Numbered from the stretch's first letter, positions 13,322 through 24,445 are shown. The stretch: 64,000 nt of DNA from Haliotis rufescens (GCF_023055435.1 NW_025963846.1:28954001-29018000), one strand, 5' to 3'. Program-made: numbers and translations. The notes: a model not told the origin generated them from the letters alone.

Positions 13322-14225
13322 GAGAAAATGATTCATTATGATATTCCAACTTGTCAGGAGTGTAATAATAAGAAGAAGAACAAGATGCTGTTGTTTTCAC
13401 TAATTTATTTGCGATGTCTTGTTTACTTGTCAGAATAGTATCATGAACTTTGTGATGATGCACACCGTGTCACGATCACTTGCCCTTCATTTTCTGTATC
13501 ATGTTCCACACTTTATTTAGAGGCGTTTGAGTACTTGTTTTAGAAACAAATGCATGCCAGGAAGAACGTTTTGTTCCTTTCATCGTCATATGAGCTTTTG
13601 CTCTTAACATTTAAGGTTGTTGAGATGAGTCGGTGATGGATTAGTATTAAAAACGTTTTCAGCCTTTTCTAGCTTGTCTGCAGTCATCATTTAACCGTGG
13701 CTTTCTAATACGTGGAACTGTGGAGGATTTAGGAATAGTGGTCATGGCGAAATCATTGACATCCTGTGAAAAGGATTCAATAGGATCAACATTCTGATAC
13801 GATTCAGATACAAATTTGTCAGTACATAACTTCTGGAATAGAGTCTAGTTAGCTTCACTGAAATTTCATCGAGAAACTGGAATCTCTTTGGTAGGTGTAA
13901 CGATTTTAAGAAGTGTTGGAAAATGATAGCTCCAACAAAGATCATTATGTACTGTCCATTCAAAATCATTCAAAAGTGAAGGATCTGCAATTGTAAGATC
14001 GAGGGCTGAATTTGTCCTTGTAGCTGGATGGAGGTAGGTATTTGAGTCATCATTACAAATACAGAATATTGTTGATAAGAAATTGTTCTATGACGCTGCC
14101 TTTGTTGTTCAATGGGTTGCTGCCCCAAAGGGGAATGTGTCCATGCAAATCGCCCATTATTAGGAAGGGTATGGGAAGTTGATCGACCAAATTCTGAAAT
14201 GTCACGAGTTGTGTAAAAGAAGAAA
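13322..14225 (-). mobile_element. Degraded LINE fragment (endonuclease and downstream region, I/Nimb-like)
   Basis: LVDQLPIPFLIMGDLHGHIPLWGS resembles the APE-domain motif GDFNAH.xWGS. Duplicated at 23453-24445. Confidence 0.7.
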
Positions 14226-14227
14226 GT

Positions 14228-14460
14228 TTGGTGGTTTGTTGTTTAACGCAGCACTCAGCAATATTACAGCTATATGACGGCGGTCTGTAAATAATCGAGT
14301 CTGGACCAGACAATCCAGTGATTGACTTCATGAGCATCGATCCACGTAATTGGGATCAATGACATGCATCAACCAAGTCAGCGAGCCTGACCACCCGATC
14401 CCGTTAGCCGCCTTTTACGACAAACATAGTTGCTTTTTACGGCAAGCATGGGTTATTCAG
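14228..14460 (-). mobile_element. SINE family 3
   Basis: gttgtttaacgcagcactcagcaatatt...ggtctgtaaataatcgagtctggaccagacaatccagtg... A duplicate lies at 24449-24685. Confidence 0.75.
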
Positions 14461-14869
14461 AAAGAGTATAAATCCCGCGTCAATGAACCGTGTCTGAGCC
14501 CTTACTGGTCCCGGGAACGCCAAGAGGAGTTTTCCTCCTAAATATCACATTTGGCGCTCCGGGCCAACACCTTCTATTCAGAATGTTCTTCATAGAAATT
14601 GAGTTTCCCCATAGATCAATAAATTATTTATCAGTTGACCTCAAATGGAGCTTCCTGAATTTCAAGCGAACATATTCAGTGCCGTAGCCAGCCGGGGGCA
14701 GGAGGGGCAGTTGCCCCCCTGGATTTTTTATAGAAAACATTTTTCCTTATGTGAACCTATTACTAATGTGACTAGGAGCATTATATAAAGAAGGAAAGAT
14801 TTTATAACCTCTGGTTAATTGCTGTATTCAAAGGAACATAGGCAGACGTAAAAGATACCATTATTATTT

Positions 14870-15150
14870 GGGACCGGTCATTTATTACATGGTGGGGTGA
14901 GTCAGAGGGTTTGGTTGCACTACCGTACCGAAAATAATAACCCTCCCTTAATGCTTGTCATGAACAGTTTTGAATGACCCTCCCCATGTCCTTGTACATT
15001 TTTACAGTACACCCCCCCCCCCCCCCAAATGTGACCCTCCCCTGATTCCCTCTGACCTGACCCCCCCCCCCCCCCCCCCACAACACATACACACACACAC
15101 TGCCTGCCACCACCACCACCCTACACCACCCCTAAAAAATGACTGGTCCC
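14870..15150. mobile_element. MITE with 18-bp TIRs (duplicate at 25094-25387)
   Basis: gggaccggtcatttatta ... taaaaaatgactggtccc, 16/18 inverted match. Confidence 0.65.
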
Positions 15151-15394
15151 TTGATCTAAACTTTAAAGAAAGGTAAAAGATGTTTTGTTACACTTGAATG
15201 ACATGTCAACCTGAATAAAACAGTATTTTTTAAACATAATACCTGAAACATTTTGTTCCTTCAAATGTCATATCACAAATGCAAGAATATTCTTAAGGAT
15301 AAATATGATCAAACGATTCAGAGAAAAAGAAAAAGAAAGACTCACAGAAAAAGTCAATATTACAGTACGTTTTCACCTTAACACTAAAATGCAG

Positions 15395-15530
15395 CGGATC
15401 CGGTCGTCAGGCTCGCTGATTTGGTTTATGTATGTCATTGTATCTCTGGATTGTCTGGTCCAGACTCGATTAATTACAGACGACGTCATGTAGCTGGAAT
15501 ATTGATGAGTGCGGCGTAAACAACAAACAA
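15395..15530 (+). mobile_element. SINE family 3 fragment, opposite orientation (counterparts at about 25652-25822, 34275-34443, 42053-42221, 49829-49997)
   Basis: caggctcgctgatttggtt...ctggattgtctggtccagactcgattaattacaga is the reverse complement of the family 3 core. Confidence 0.7.
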
Positions 15531-15929
15531 AGTTGCAAAGTGCGGAATAGAAACCTAGCTGAAAACAACGAATTCTTGGCAGCTTCCAATTCGGAACATT
15601 CTGTCGTACCCTATCAGTAATTATCGGTTAGTGTGTTTGTATTAGACCCCTTTTATTGTCTTTATTAAGTGGAAACCTAAAACTCTGTTGAATTTAATTG
15701 TTAATTGCTCATTGATCGTGATCGGTCATTTACTGATTTCACAGTTTAGTTCTTTACCTACAGATTTCATTCAGTCTTATAGCTCGGCCTTGAGTCGGCA
15801 CACATCTGTATATTTCGTTGTCAACAGGCTATATTAAGGAGGGGACTGGCCACAGTAACAACGTGTGAACATAGGCATAATGACAGAAAGCGCACGTAAA
15901 ATCTCAAAATAGTCATGACAGTCAAAGCA

Positions 15930-16281
15930 GGTGAGGTGAAATTGGGTTTAACGTCGCGTCCAAGATTATTGCACTTATATAGCGACGTGCATGCACGTGT
16001 GTTTGTGTGTGTGGCTGCTTGTACTAGTCCGGACTGATGCCGATATATAGGGCTAGCACACTGAGATACCATGCCGCAGTTTAACATGAATACCCAACTC
16101 AGACACAGTATACTGACTCCGAGCCGACCAGTACTTGGTTTAGCCCCTTAATGCCGAGCGACAGACAGGGTAATAACAAGTACCATCTTTTAACGCCTTT
16201 CGGTATGACGCGACCGGGGATCGAGCTCCGGACCTTCCGCTCTCCGGGCGGACGCTCTACCACTAGACCACGGAGGCGGTC
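15930..16281 (-). mobile_element. Full-length SINE family 2 (orthologous copies 26210-26561, 34471-34831, 42249-42599, 50025-50393)
   Basis: tRNA-like head GACCGCCTCCGTGGTCTAGTGGTAGAGCG. TSD gacagtca(a/t)agca at 15917-15929 and 16282-16294. Confidence 0.9.
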
Positions 16282-16691
16282 GACAGTCATAGCAACTGAT
16301 TCAGGACACCAACCATGGGCTCAGTTAACCGAAATACACAGAAGTAGGTGCGATAGTCACAACAATTGAATGAGTTAATACAGAACGTCGCGACAAAAAC
16401 ATTTCCATAATCACAAGGAATCTCTGCTAAAATTGGAGTCCATTGTTCTATTCCGCCTATATCGTAATCAAGCACGTGTTGTTAATCACTATAGCGATGC
16501 TACTTGACTAACATCTAGTCTCTGAAATGAACATATCTTACAGTAAAACAACAGTTGTTAAATTATCTTAATAAAAATATAATAAAAATGAACCCAGAGA
16601 CTCTCTTCATTTCGTAGATGCCTTATAATGCAGTAATCTAGACTTGCCAACGTTATAGACTTACATGGGCTGTATTGAATATATTTGTGTA

Positions 16692-16957
16692 AGTGAGTTG
16701 GATTTAACGCCGCTTTTAACAGTATTCCAGTTATATCGCGGCGTGTCAGCTTAATGTGGGAGGAAAGCCCGAAGTGATGCACACCTCAGACGTTTACCAC
16801 TTCGGTGAAACCCACGAGCACGTTCTGACAAACCTAGAAACATAATTAGGGCGAACCGGGATTCGAACCCACAATCATAAGTTTCTGGTGTGCCCAAGGG
16901 ACGCAACTCTGCAGAGCGAATCGCTGGGCCTTAGACGACTGGGCCACCCGTGCCCCC
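16692..16957 (-). mobile_element. tRNA-derived SINE family 1 (orthologous copies about 26970-27243, 35243-35521, 43011-43289, 50805-51083)
   Basis: Head GGGGGCACGGGTGGCCCAGTCGTCTAAGG (A box), GGTTCGAATCC (B box), (CACT)n tail. TSD tatttgtattag is visible at 35231-35242 and 35523-35534. Confidence 0.9.
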
Positions 16958-16993
16958 TTATTTGTATTAGGGTATGTATGACAGACTATGATT

Positions 16994-17165
16994 CTACCAG
17001 GTATTCTTGATAAGGTGAGCGTATCCTAAAACTTCCCTATTAAGGCCTTCTATGTTGAAACCCTGATCAAACAACTTTTGGCCAAGAGTCTTACGACGCT
17101 GTTTAAAATCTACATAGAAAGGGCATGCTCGGACCACAAATGCTGTGGCTGCTGGAATATTGCTC
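16994..17165 (-). mobile_element. Penelope-like element fragment (post-RT helical region)
   Basis: SNIPAATAF...RACPFYVDFKQRRKTLGQKLFDQGF resembles the PLE linker SNIP...RACS.Y.DF..R...L..KL..QG. Repeated in every spacer. Confidence 0.6.
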
Positions 17166-18281
17166 CGGGTACGTGTTATCATGCTGTAGCTGCTGGAATA
17201 TCGCTCCGGGTAAGTGTTATCATGTTGTAGCTGCTGAAATATCGCTCCGGGTACGTGTTATCATGCTGTAGCTGCTGGAATATTGCTCCGGGTACGTGTT
17301 ATCATTCTGTAGCTGCTGGAATATCGCTCCGGGTACGTGTTATCATGCTGTAGCTGCTGGAATATTGCTCCGGGCACGTGTTATCATGCTGTACCTGCTG
17401 GAATATCGCTCCGGGTACGTGTTATCATGCTGTATCTGCTTGAATATTAATCCGGAGACTTGTTATCATGCTGTAGCTGCTGGAATATCGCTCCGGGTAC
17501 GTGTTATCATGCTGTAGCTGCTGCAATATTGCTCCGGGTACGTGTTATCATGCTGTAGCTGTTAGAATATTGCTCCGGGTAGGTGTTATCATGCTGTAGC
17601 TGCTGGAATATCGCTCCGGGTACGTGTTATCATGCTGTAACTGCTGGAATGTTACTCCGGGTACGTGTTATCATGCTGTAGCTGCTGCAATATTGCTCCG
17701 GGTACGTGTTATCATGCTGTAGCTGCTAGAATATTGCTCCGGGTACGTGTTATCATGCTGTAGCTGCTGGAATATCGCTCCGGGTACGTGTTATCATGCT
17801 GTAGCTGCTGGAATATTGCTCCGGGTACGTGTTATCATGCTGTAGCTGCTGCAATATTGCTCCGGGTACGTGTTATCATGCTGTATCTGCTGGAATATCG
17901 CTCAGGATACGTGTTATCATGCTGTAGCTGCTGCAATATTGCTCCGGGTACGTGTTATCATGCTGTAGCTGCTGGAATATCGCTCCGGGTACGTGTTATC
18001 ATGCTGTAGCTGCTGGAATATCGCTCCGGATACGTGTTATCATGCTGTAGCTGCTGCAATATTGCTCCGGGTACGTGTTATCATGCTGTAGCTGCTGGAA
18101 TATCGCTTTGGGTACGTGTTATCATGCTGTAGCTGCTGCAATATTGCTCCGGGTACGTGTTATCATGCTGTAGCTGCTGCAATATTGCTCCGGGTACGTG
18201 TTATCATGCTGTAGCTGCTGGAATATCGCTCCGGGAACGTGTTATCATGCTGTATCTGCTGGAATATCGCTCCGGATACGT
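17142..18281. repeat. 41-bp minisatellite, ~28 copies
   Basis: Unit gctgtagctgctggaatatcgctccgggtacgtgttatcat, head-to-tail with no spacers. Confidence 0.95.
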
Positions 18282-18473
18282 CTTGATAACACAAGTCCGT
18301 CTGCGGGTGAACAATGTTTTATTGTGAGCTCTTCACCGGGTGCTCAACTCCCAGTTCCAAACTGCCCAACTTGCGCTCGTTTACATGCTCTTACCTTCAC
18401 CTGCTTCTGTTCAGCGAGATATCGCCCGGCGCACACTGCATGCGACACACTCTTATAGTACATGTGGTATACT

Positions 18474-18756
18474 GGAGTGGGTGAGTGAGTTGGATTTAAC
18501 GCCGCTTTCAACAGTATTCCAGTTATATCACGGCATGTCAGCTTTATGTGGGAGGAAAGCCCGAAGTGATGCAGGTCTCTGACGTTTACCACTTTGGTGA
18601 AATCCAAGAGCACGGGTATGGTGCTGACAAACCTAGAAACATCATCGGGGCGAACCGGGATTCGAACCCACAATCATAGTATTCTGGCATGCCCAAGGGA
18701 CTCAACTCTGCATAGCGAATCGCGGCGCCTTGGACGACTGGGCCACCCGTGCCCCC
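18474..18756 (-). mobile_element. SINE family 1 (orthologous copies about 28724-28997, 36312-36593, 44081-44362, 51874-52156)
   Basis: A and B boxes as above. TSD ggtatact at 18466-18473 and 18757-18764. Confidence 0.9.
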
Positions 18757-19193
18757 GGTATACTAGATATTGCACTTGATAAACGGTATACTGCATGTAA
18801 TATACGTTTCGGTCGTGACAAAGGTCATGCCCTCACGTCCTCAATAAGGGTTGTGAATGATGTATAGTGGACAATCGATATGAGTGCATAAAAAAATGAA
18901 TTGTTTGCAAACATTGTCTTATTGCTGAGCAATAATTATTATAGATAGACATGGATTTTGAATTGAATTTGCTGTGGACCACTTTTTTATTTAATAATGT
19001 ACAATACGACTAACTAAATACATTGACATACATACATCCATGATACAGAATCAAGCAAATATACATACGAATGCTTATGCTGGTTGATAAGAATTGGGCA
19101 TCAGCAATGAAAACATTGCTTGATACGAGGGCTGGTCAAAAAGCTCTAAGCCTGACTAACTTTCATCTATGGGCCATTACAACAATCAATGTA

Positions 19194-19368
19194 CAGTGAA
19201 CTACGGTTATAACGAACACGCTTATAACGAACTAACGGATATAACGAACTAACTTTTTAGTCCCAACTATTTGCTGTAGCTATACTGTATATATGCTTAT
19301 AACGAATTACGGTTATAACGAACTAAAATTAGTAGTCCCTTTGAGTTCGTTATAACCGTAGTTTACTG
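19194..19368. mobile_element. Tc1/mariner (Tigger/pogo-like) MITE; duplicates at 29409-29583, 37031-37205, 44800-44974, 52594-52768
   Basis: TA TSD, TIRs cagt(g/a)aactacggttataacgaac and gttcgttataaccgtagtttactg, internal TATAACGAA repeats. Confidence 0.85.
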
Positions 19369-20466
19369 TAGTACATTGTTTGAGTAGTTCATTGCCCGTG
19401 TATTTGATCTGTTGAGGCCGTTTGCATATTTGTGATGGCCAGTTGAACATAATTAAAGTTTAGTGCGTCAACATTTTCCTCAGTCTGATGCTATTCAAAT
19501 GGTGATGGGTGGGGTGGTGTGGGGGGGGGGGGGGGGGGGGTTATGAATGGGGCAACGGCGATCGGAGGGAGTAGAGATGACAGGCTGGACGGGAGTAGAT
19601 GGGATATGGGATACATTGGGAGGAGGGGGGGTTGTGTGTGTCATTGTAACTTACAGACTTAACAAGAATGACAAAGTTGTATTCACACTTACCCAGAGGA
19701 AATATAAAACTGTAAACACAAAACACTAAAAGTCACAAAGTCACTGACACATGGCATTGAGTTCAGTTGGAATGTTTTGCCTTTGATGAAGTCCTTGGTT
19801 TTCTTTTAGTTTCTGCGCAGATAGGGCTTCGCATGTAGGGTTCGTTGTTCATGCGTTTCTTGCAGCTGTGGAAAGTGGAGTCCAAGGGTACTAGTTGTTC
19901 TTCACATCAGTTTGCCGTAAACCACACATCACAGTTAAAATATGTGACAGAATCCTTTACACCAAGCTACAAAGTGTCTGATTTGTGGTTTACGTGGCAC
20001 AATTAACAGACAGTGTGGTCAACTGATCTCCTATTCACGATGTTGGTGGCTGCCTTCGTCAAGCTGACTTGGGCTGTAGACTCAGGATGGAAGGATATCG
20101 TCCACAGCTGGCTATCTACATACCACATACACAGTGTCACTTCATATTGGAGTGTCCCAGTGATGCCTCATCCATAGAAATAGATTGGCACAATGATCCA
20201 GTGAAGTTTGAGAAATATATCCCTCTATCAAGTCGTGATTGTTGTGATGAACATGTTTCACCAGATGCACAGTACGAGCAGACTTCCAACAAGGATATTC
20301 CTTTATATTTATGACAATAGTAATCTCCTGCATGAAAATGATTTGCGTTAACTATAGATACTGTAGGAGACAATGTAGACTACTTCAGAATTCAAGTCAT
20401 TTCCTCGGTGATCTGTTTGAGTAAATGCAAGACAGGCTCCCTTTTTCACTTGTGACTCAGTAATAG

Positions 20467-20749
20467 TGAGTGAGTGAGTGAGTTGGGTTTAACGCCGCTT
20501 TTAACATTATTCCAGTTATATCACGGCGTGTCAGCTTAATGTGGGAGGAAAGCCCGAAGTGATGCAGGTCTCAGACGTTTACCACTTCGGTGAAACCCAC
20601 GAGCACGGGTATGGTGCTGACAAACCTAGAAACATAATCGGGGTGAACAGGGATTCGAACCCACAATCATAGGTGTCTGGCGTGTCCAGGGGACGCAACT
20701 CTGCACAGCGAATCGCGGCGCCTTAGACGACTGGGCCACCCGTGCCCCC
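20467..20749 (-). mobile_element. SINE family 1 inserted into the last codons of K1
   Basis: TSD cagtaatag at 20458-20466 and 20750-20758. Supplies the codons GGTGGPVV and the stop. Confidence 0.9.
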
Positions 20750-21940
20750 CAGTAATAGAGTAAGACCACCAACACCAAAACAACCCAAAACGAAACCCAA
20801 CCCAAAGCTTTCACAAGCCTCTCTTTTCCGAATAGCATTCAAGTAATCTCTATTCAGCCTTTCCCAAACTTCTTCTGCTGTTGGGCGTCCAACTATATCT
20901 CCTTTTAAGGCTTCATTGATGATGTCTCGCAGTCCCTGGTAAGTGATGTGAGGGAGGTCTATTTCCCCTGCCATCTCGGCCAGACGGCGTCCAGTGTAGT
21001 AGGCAACTAGTTTGTTGTGGTCAAATTCCTGACGCAATAAAGCAAAGGCGACAGCTCCAAGAGAGAAAATATCACTTTTCTTGTCCAGAGCCTCTTCAGG
21101 GGGTGAAAAAATAGTGTTTCTGGTCCCATCGTCCCCGTCACGCTCCCCGCCACGCTCTCCGTCACGCTCTCCGTCGCGCTCCCCGCCATGCTCTCCGTCA
21201 CGCTCCCCGCCATGCTCTCCGTCACGCTCTCCGTCACGCTCCCCGCCATGCTCTCCGTCACGCTCCCCGCCATGCTCTCCGTCACGCTCTCCGTCGCGCC
21301 CCCGACCATGCTCTCCGTCACGCTCTCCGTTGAGCTCTCCGTCACGCTCTCCGTCACGCTCTCCGTCACGCTCCCCGCCATGCTCTCCGTCACGCTCTCC
21401 GTCACGCTCCCCGCCATGCTCTCCGTCGCGCTCTCCGTCACGTTCCCCGAATTGTCCCCCGTCATGTTGCCCATCTTCCCTGACGTGTTCCTGCGTCGGG
21501 CGACGAGCTGCCGATCCAAATCCTCCTATTTTATAACTCGGTTCATCGTACCGTGTCACTAGGATGTTTTCCGGCTGTATATTTCCGTGTATGATACCAA
21601 TGTTATGAAGAAACTGTAAACCACTGGCAATGTTGGCCATGACATAAAGACAGTCGACCTCGCCTAGAGGACTCTTCATGGTTAAACGTTTACTCACATA
21701 CTGGTCCAGGTTGCCCATCTCGCAATATTCAAAGGTCAATGTGAAGTCTTCTGTAGTAACATGGATATCACCAATCATCTTTAGAATGTTTTTCGATTCT
21801 GCACATTTTTGTAGTATGTCCCTTTCGGTGGCTACACATATTCGTGAACACACAAGGTTTTTTTCAAGAACCGTTTTACTACCTTTTTTACCCTTTCTCA
21901 CTGTTGAGAACTGACCCTGGACAAGATCTGTTTCCGCCAT
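20723..21940 (-). CDS. Type A tail-anchored pseudokinase (K1), 405 aa, ERDG/EHGG repeat in the activation segment
   Basis: ATG at 21940 (MAETDLVQGQF), aligned with the paralog starts. Motifs: VLEK, TERDIL, FEYCEMGNL, HGNIQPENIL, KIGGFG, SPPE, KSDIFSLG, RPTAE. C-terminal FGLGFVLGCFGVGGLTLLL. Confidence 0.9.
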   Translation of the reverse strand: MAETDLVQGQFSTVRKGKKGSKTVLEKNLVCSRICVATERDILQKCAESKNILKMIGDIHVTTEDFTLTFEYCEMGNLDQYVSKRLTMKSPLGEVDCLYVMANIASGLQFLHNIGIIHGNIQPENILVTRYDEPSYKIGGFGSAARRPTQEHVREDGQHDGGQFGERDGERDGEHGGERDGERDGEHGGERDGERDGERDGELNGERDGEHGRGRDGERDGEHGGERDGEHGGERDGERDGEHGGERDGEHGGERDGERDGERGGERDGDDGTRNTIFSPPEEALDKKSDIFSLGAVAFALLRQEFDHNKLVAYYTGRRLAEMAGEIDLPHITYQGLRDIINEALKGDIVGRPTAEEVWERLNRDYLNAIRKREACESFGLGFVLGCFGVGGLTLLLGGTGGPVV

Positions 21941-22200
21941 TTGTCTTATGGGTAGAAGACTACATCCTCTGAACAGTCTCAAGGAAATGTGACGTAGTAC
22001 ATTCAGTAGTTAGATTCAGTGACGTGTAATTATATTTAGACTGAGCACGTGGCTGGACGTCCCTGTGAGTCAGCCAGTCATGTCGTGCTTTCGTTTTCCT
22101 CTGTTGTCTATGAAAGGCCAGTAGGGCCGCCACCATTCGCCTCTTCCCGTATTAATAACCGTTTTCCCGGAATGACACGAATTTGTTTAAAATGGACCAC
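21941..22200 (-). promoter_or_regulatory. Putative promoter/5'UTR conserved among all intact paralogs
   Basis: TATA-like TAAATATAA (22030-22038), TGAGTCA (22066-22072), TGACGT motifs and TTCCCGGAA (22164-22172). Alignable to 32125-32345 and 33891-34110. Confidence 0.55.
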
Positions 22201-23180
22201 GACTTGTTTCATTAAGCAGCGCCATGTAAATAGTATCTCGTTTATAGCCCAATGTCCAAGCCTGAAAAACAATTTTTTACTGCCTAACTCGAGAAAGTAT
22301 TTCTGTACAGTCAATGGAACTTGGTACATGTGATCACTTAGGGTAGGGTCCAGATCGTGAAAGGCCACGAATCACCTGCGTATAAGGCCAAGGTCACATT
22401 AACGGGTAATTTTACAATATGTTACAAAATGCCCTTTTCTGCAGATATGCTTGTAGCTGTTATGTTATTAAAATACGTATGTGCAACAGATTTTCAAACA
22501 TGTGCATATAAAGAACATAGTAAAAGTATTATGTCAAGGATCATATAAAATATCAGTCATATATCACAGAAAAATAGAAAACTAACTATTTGGGTTCAAT
22601 CCTATATCTTGTCATAGAGATGGCCTTCTTTCAAAAATGACTGACGGTCTTGCTTGACAAGTGTATTAGGATCTATGCCGAAACGTCGCTTTTTACAGTA
22701 TTAAAGTTGTTATCCATAAATTGTGTCATCTTTGTCATCCCTCAACTTCTAACGAATGCCTATCAATAAATATCTGACAAAGCCGATCCTACACGAACTG
22801 GGAATTGTCTAGTGTCAAGGAATCGGGAAATAAAAGCAGGCATGCCAACGGAATCACATTATATAAAGGTCATTCAATATACCATATTTCCAAGTGGTAT
22901 CATAGGTCTTCTCTAAGAAAAAGAATATAAAAAACTGCAGGTTGTTTATTAATAAACAAATGACTCAAGTCGTACAAGATGATCAACTGTAAAACTGTGA
23001 CGCCGGAATCCACATTGGATATCTGTTATTCAAGATGCCAAACACGTCTATTGTTAATCATTCTTTCCAATGTTTTACAAACACTGTAAACACAGCTAGT
23101 CAAGGCATTTGGACAGTAATTTGTTGGCTTCGTATGAACTTTACTTGGCTAAGGAATTGGAATGATGATTGTTTTGTGCC

Positions 23181-23452
23181 AGTGAGTGAGTGAGTTGGGT
23201 TTAACGCTGCTTTTAACAGTATTCCAGTTATATCACGGCGTGTCAGCTTAATGTGGGAGGAAAGCCCGAAGTGATGCAGGTCTCTGACGTTTACCACTTC
23301 GGAGAAACCCACGAGTATGGTGCTGACAAACCTAGAAACATAATTAGGGCGAACCGGGATTCGAACCCACAATCATAGTTTTCTGGCGTGTCCAAGGGAT
23401 GCAACTCTGCACAGCGAATCGCGTATGCCCCGTTTATATCACCCGTGCCTCC
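23181..23452 (-). mobile_element. SINE family 1 with a damaged head
   Basis: Body matches the other copies. Flanked by tgttttgt repeats. Confidence 0.8.
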
Positions 23453-24445
23453 TGTTTTGTTCAGGAATCTGGGAATGTTAAGGATGCTAAGGAGCACTGA
23501 CAACAGAGATGATTCAACAATTGGTAATGGTTCTCATCAGGACCAGTTGCAGTGTCATGGGATTTATCAAGAACTGCAGAGAGTTCATCAAGAGAAAGTG
23601 ATTCATTATGATATTCCAACTTGTCAGGGAAGTGTCAGGAGTGTAATTAGGAGAAGAAGAACAAGATGCTATTGTTTTCACTACTTTACTTTACGATCAC
23701 TTGCCCTTCATTTTCTGTATCATGTTCCACACTTTATTAAGAGGCGTTCGAGTACTTGTTTTAGAAACAAATGCATGCCAGGAAGAACGTTTTGTTCCTT
23801 TCATCGTCATATGAGCTTTTGCTCTTAACATTTAAGGTTGTTGAGATGAGTCGATGATGGATTAGTATTAAAAACGTTTTCAGCCTTTTCTAGCTTGTCT
23901 GCAGTCATCATTTAACCGTGGCTTTCTAATACGTGGAACTGTAGAGGATTTAGGAATAGTGGTCATGGCGATATTATTGACATCCTGTGAAAAGGATTCA
24001 ATAGGATCATCAACATTCTGATACGATTCAGATACAAATTTGTCAGTACATAACTTCTGGAATAGAGTCTGGTTAGCTTCACTGAAATTTCATCGAGAAA
24101 CTGGAATCTCTTTGGTAGGTGTAACGATTTTAAGAAGTGTTGGAAAATGATAGCTCCAACGAAGATCATCATGTACTGTCCATTCAAAATCATTCTAAAG
24201 TGAAGGATCTGCAATTGTAAGATCGAGGGCTGAATTTGTCCTTGTAGCTGGATGGAGGTAGGTATTTGAGTCATCATTACAAATACAGAATATTGTTGAT
24301 AAGAAATTGTTCTATGACGCTGCCTTTGTTGTTCAATGGGGTGCTGCCCCAAAGGGGACTGTGTCCATGCAAATCGCCCATTATTAGGAAGGGTATGGGA
24401 AGCTGATCGACCAAATTCTGAAATGTCACGAGTTGTGTAGAAGAA
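23453..24445 (-). mobile_element. Degraded LINE fragment (longer version of 13322-14225)
   Basis: Nearly identical to 13322-14225 from 23589 onward. Contains the GDLHGHSPLWGS motif. Confidence 0.7.

Noticed and set aside
12399-13463. 354-aa ORF as a functional kinase gene
   Set aside because: It is a LINE-kinase deletion chimera with a non-ATG start, no N-lobe and a frameshift before the C-lobe.
17142-18281. CRISPR-like appearance of the 41-bp array
   Set aside because: Units are head-to-tail with no unique spacers, there are no cas genes, and the context is eukaryotic.
20640-20749. tRNA genes at SINE heads
   Set aside because: A and B boxes are present but are followed by SINE bodies, simple-repeat tails and TSDs. 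No credible standalone cloverleaf was seen.
21941-21982. 14-codon N-terminal extension of K1 in the ORF track
   Set aside because: It begins at a non-ATG codon. The ATG at 21940 aligns with the starts of types B and C.
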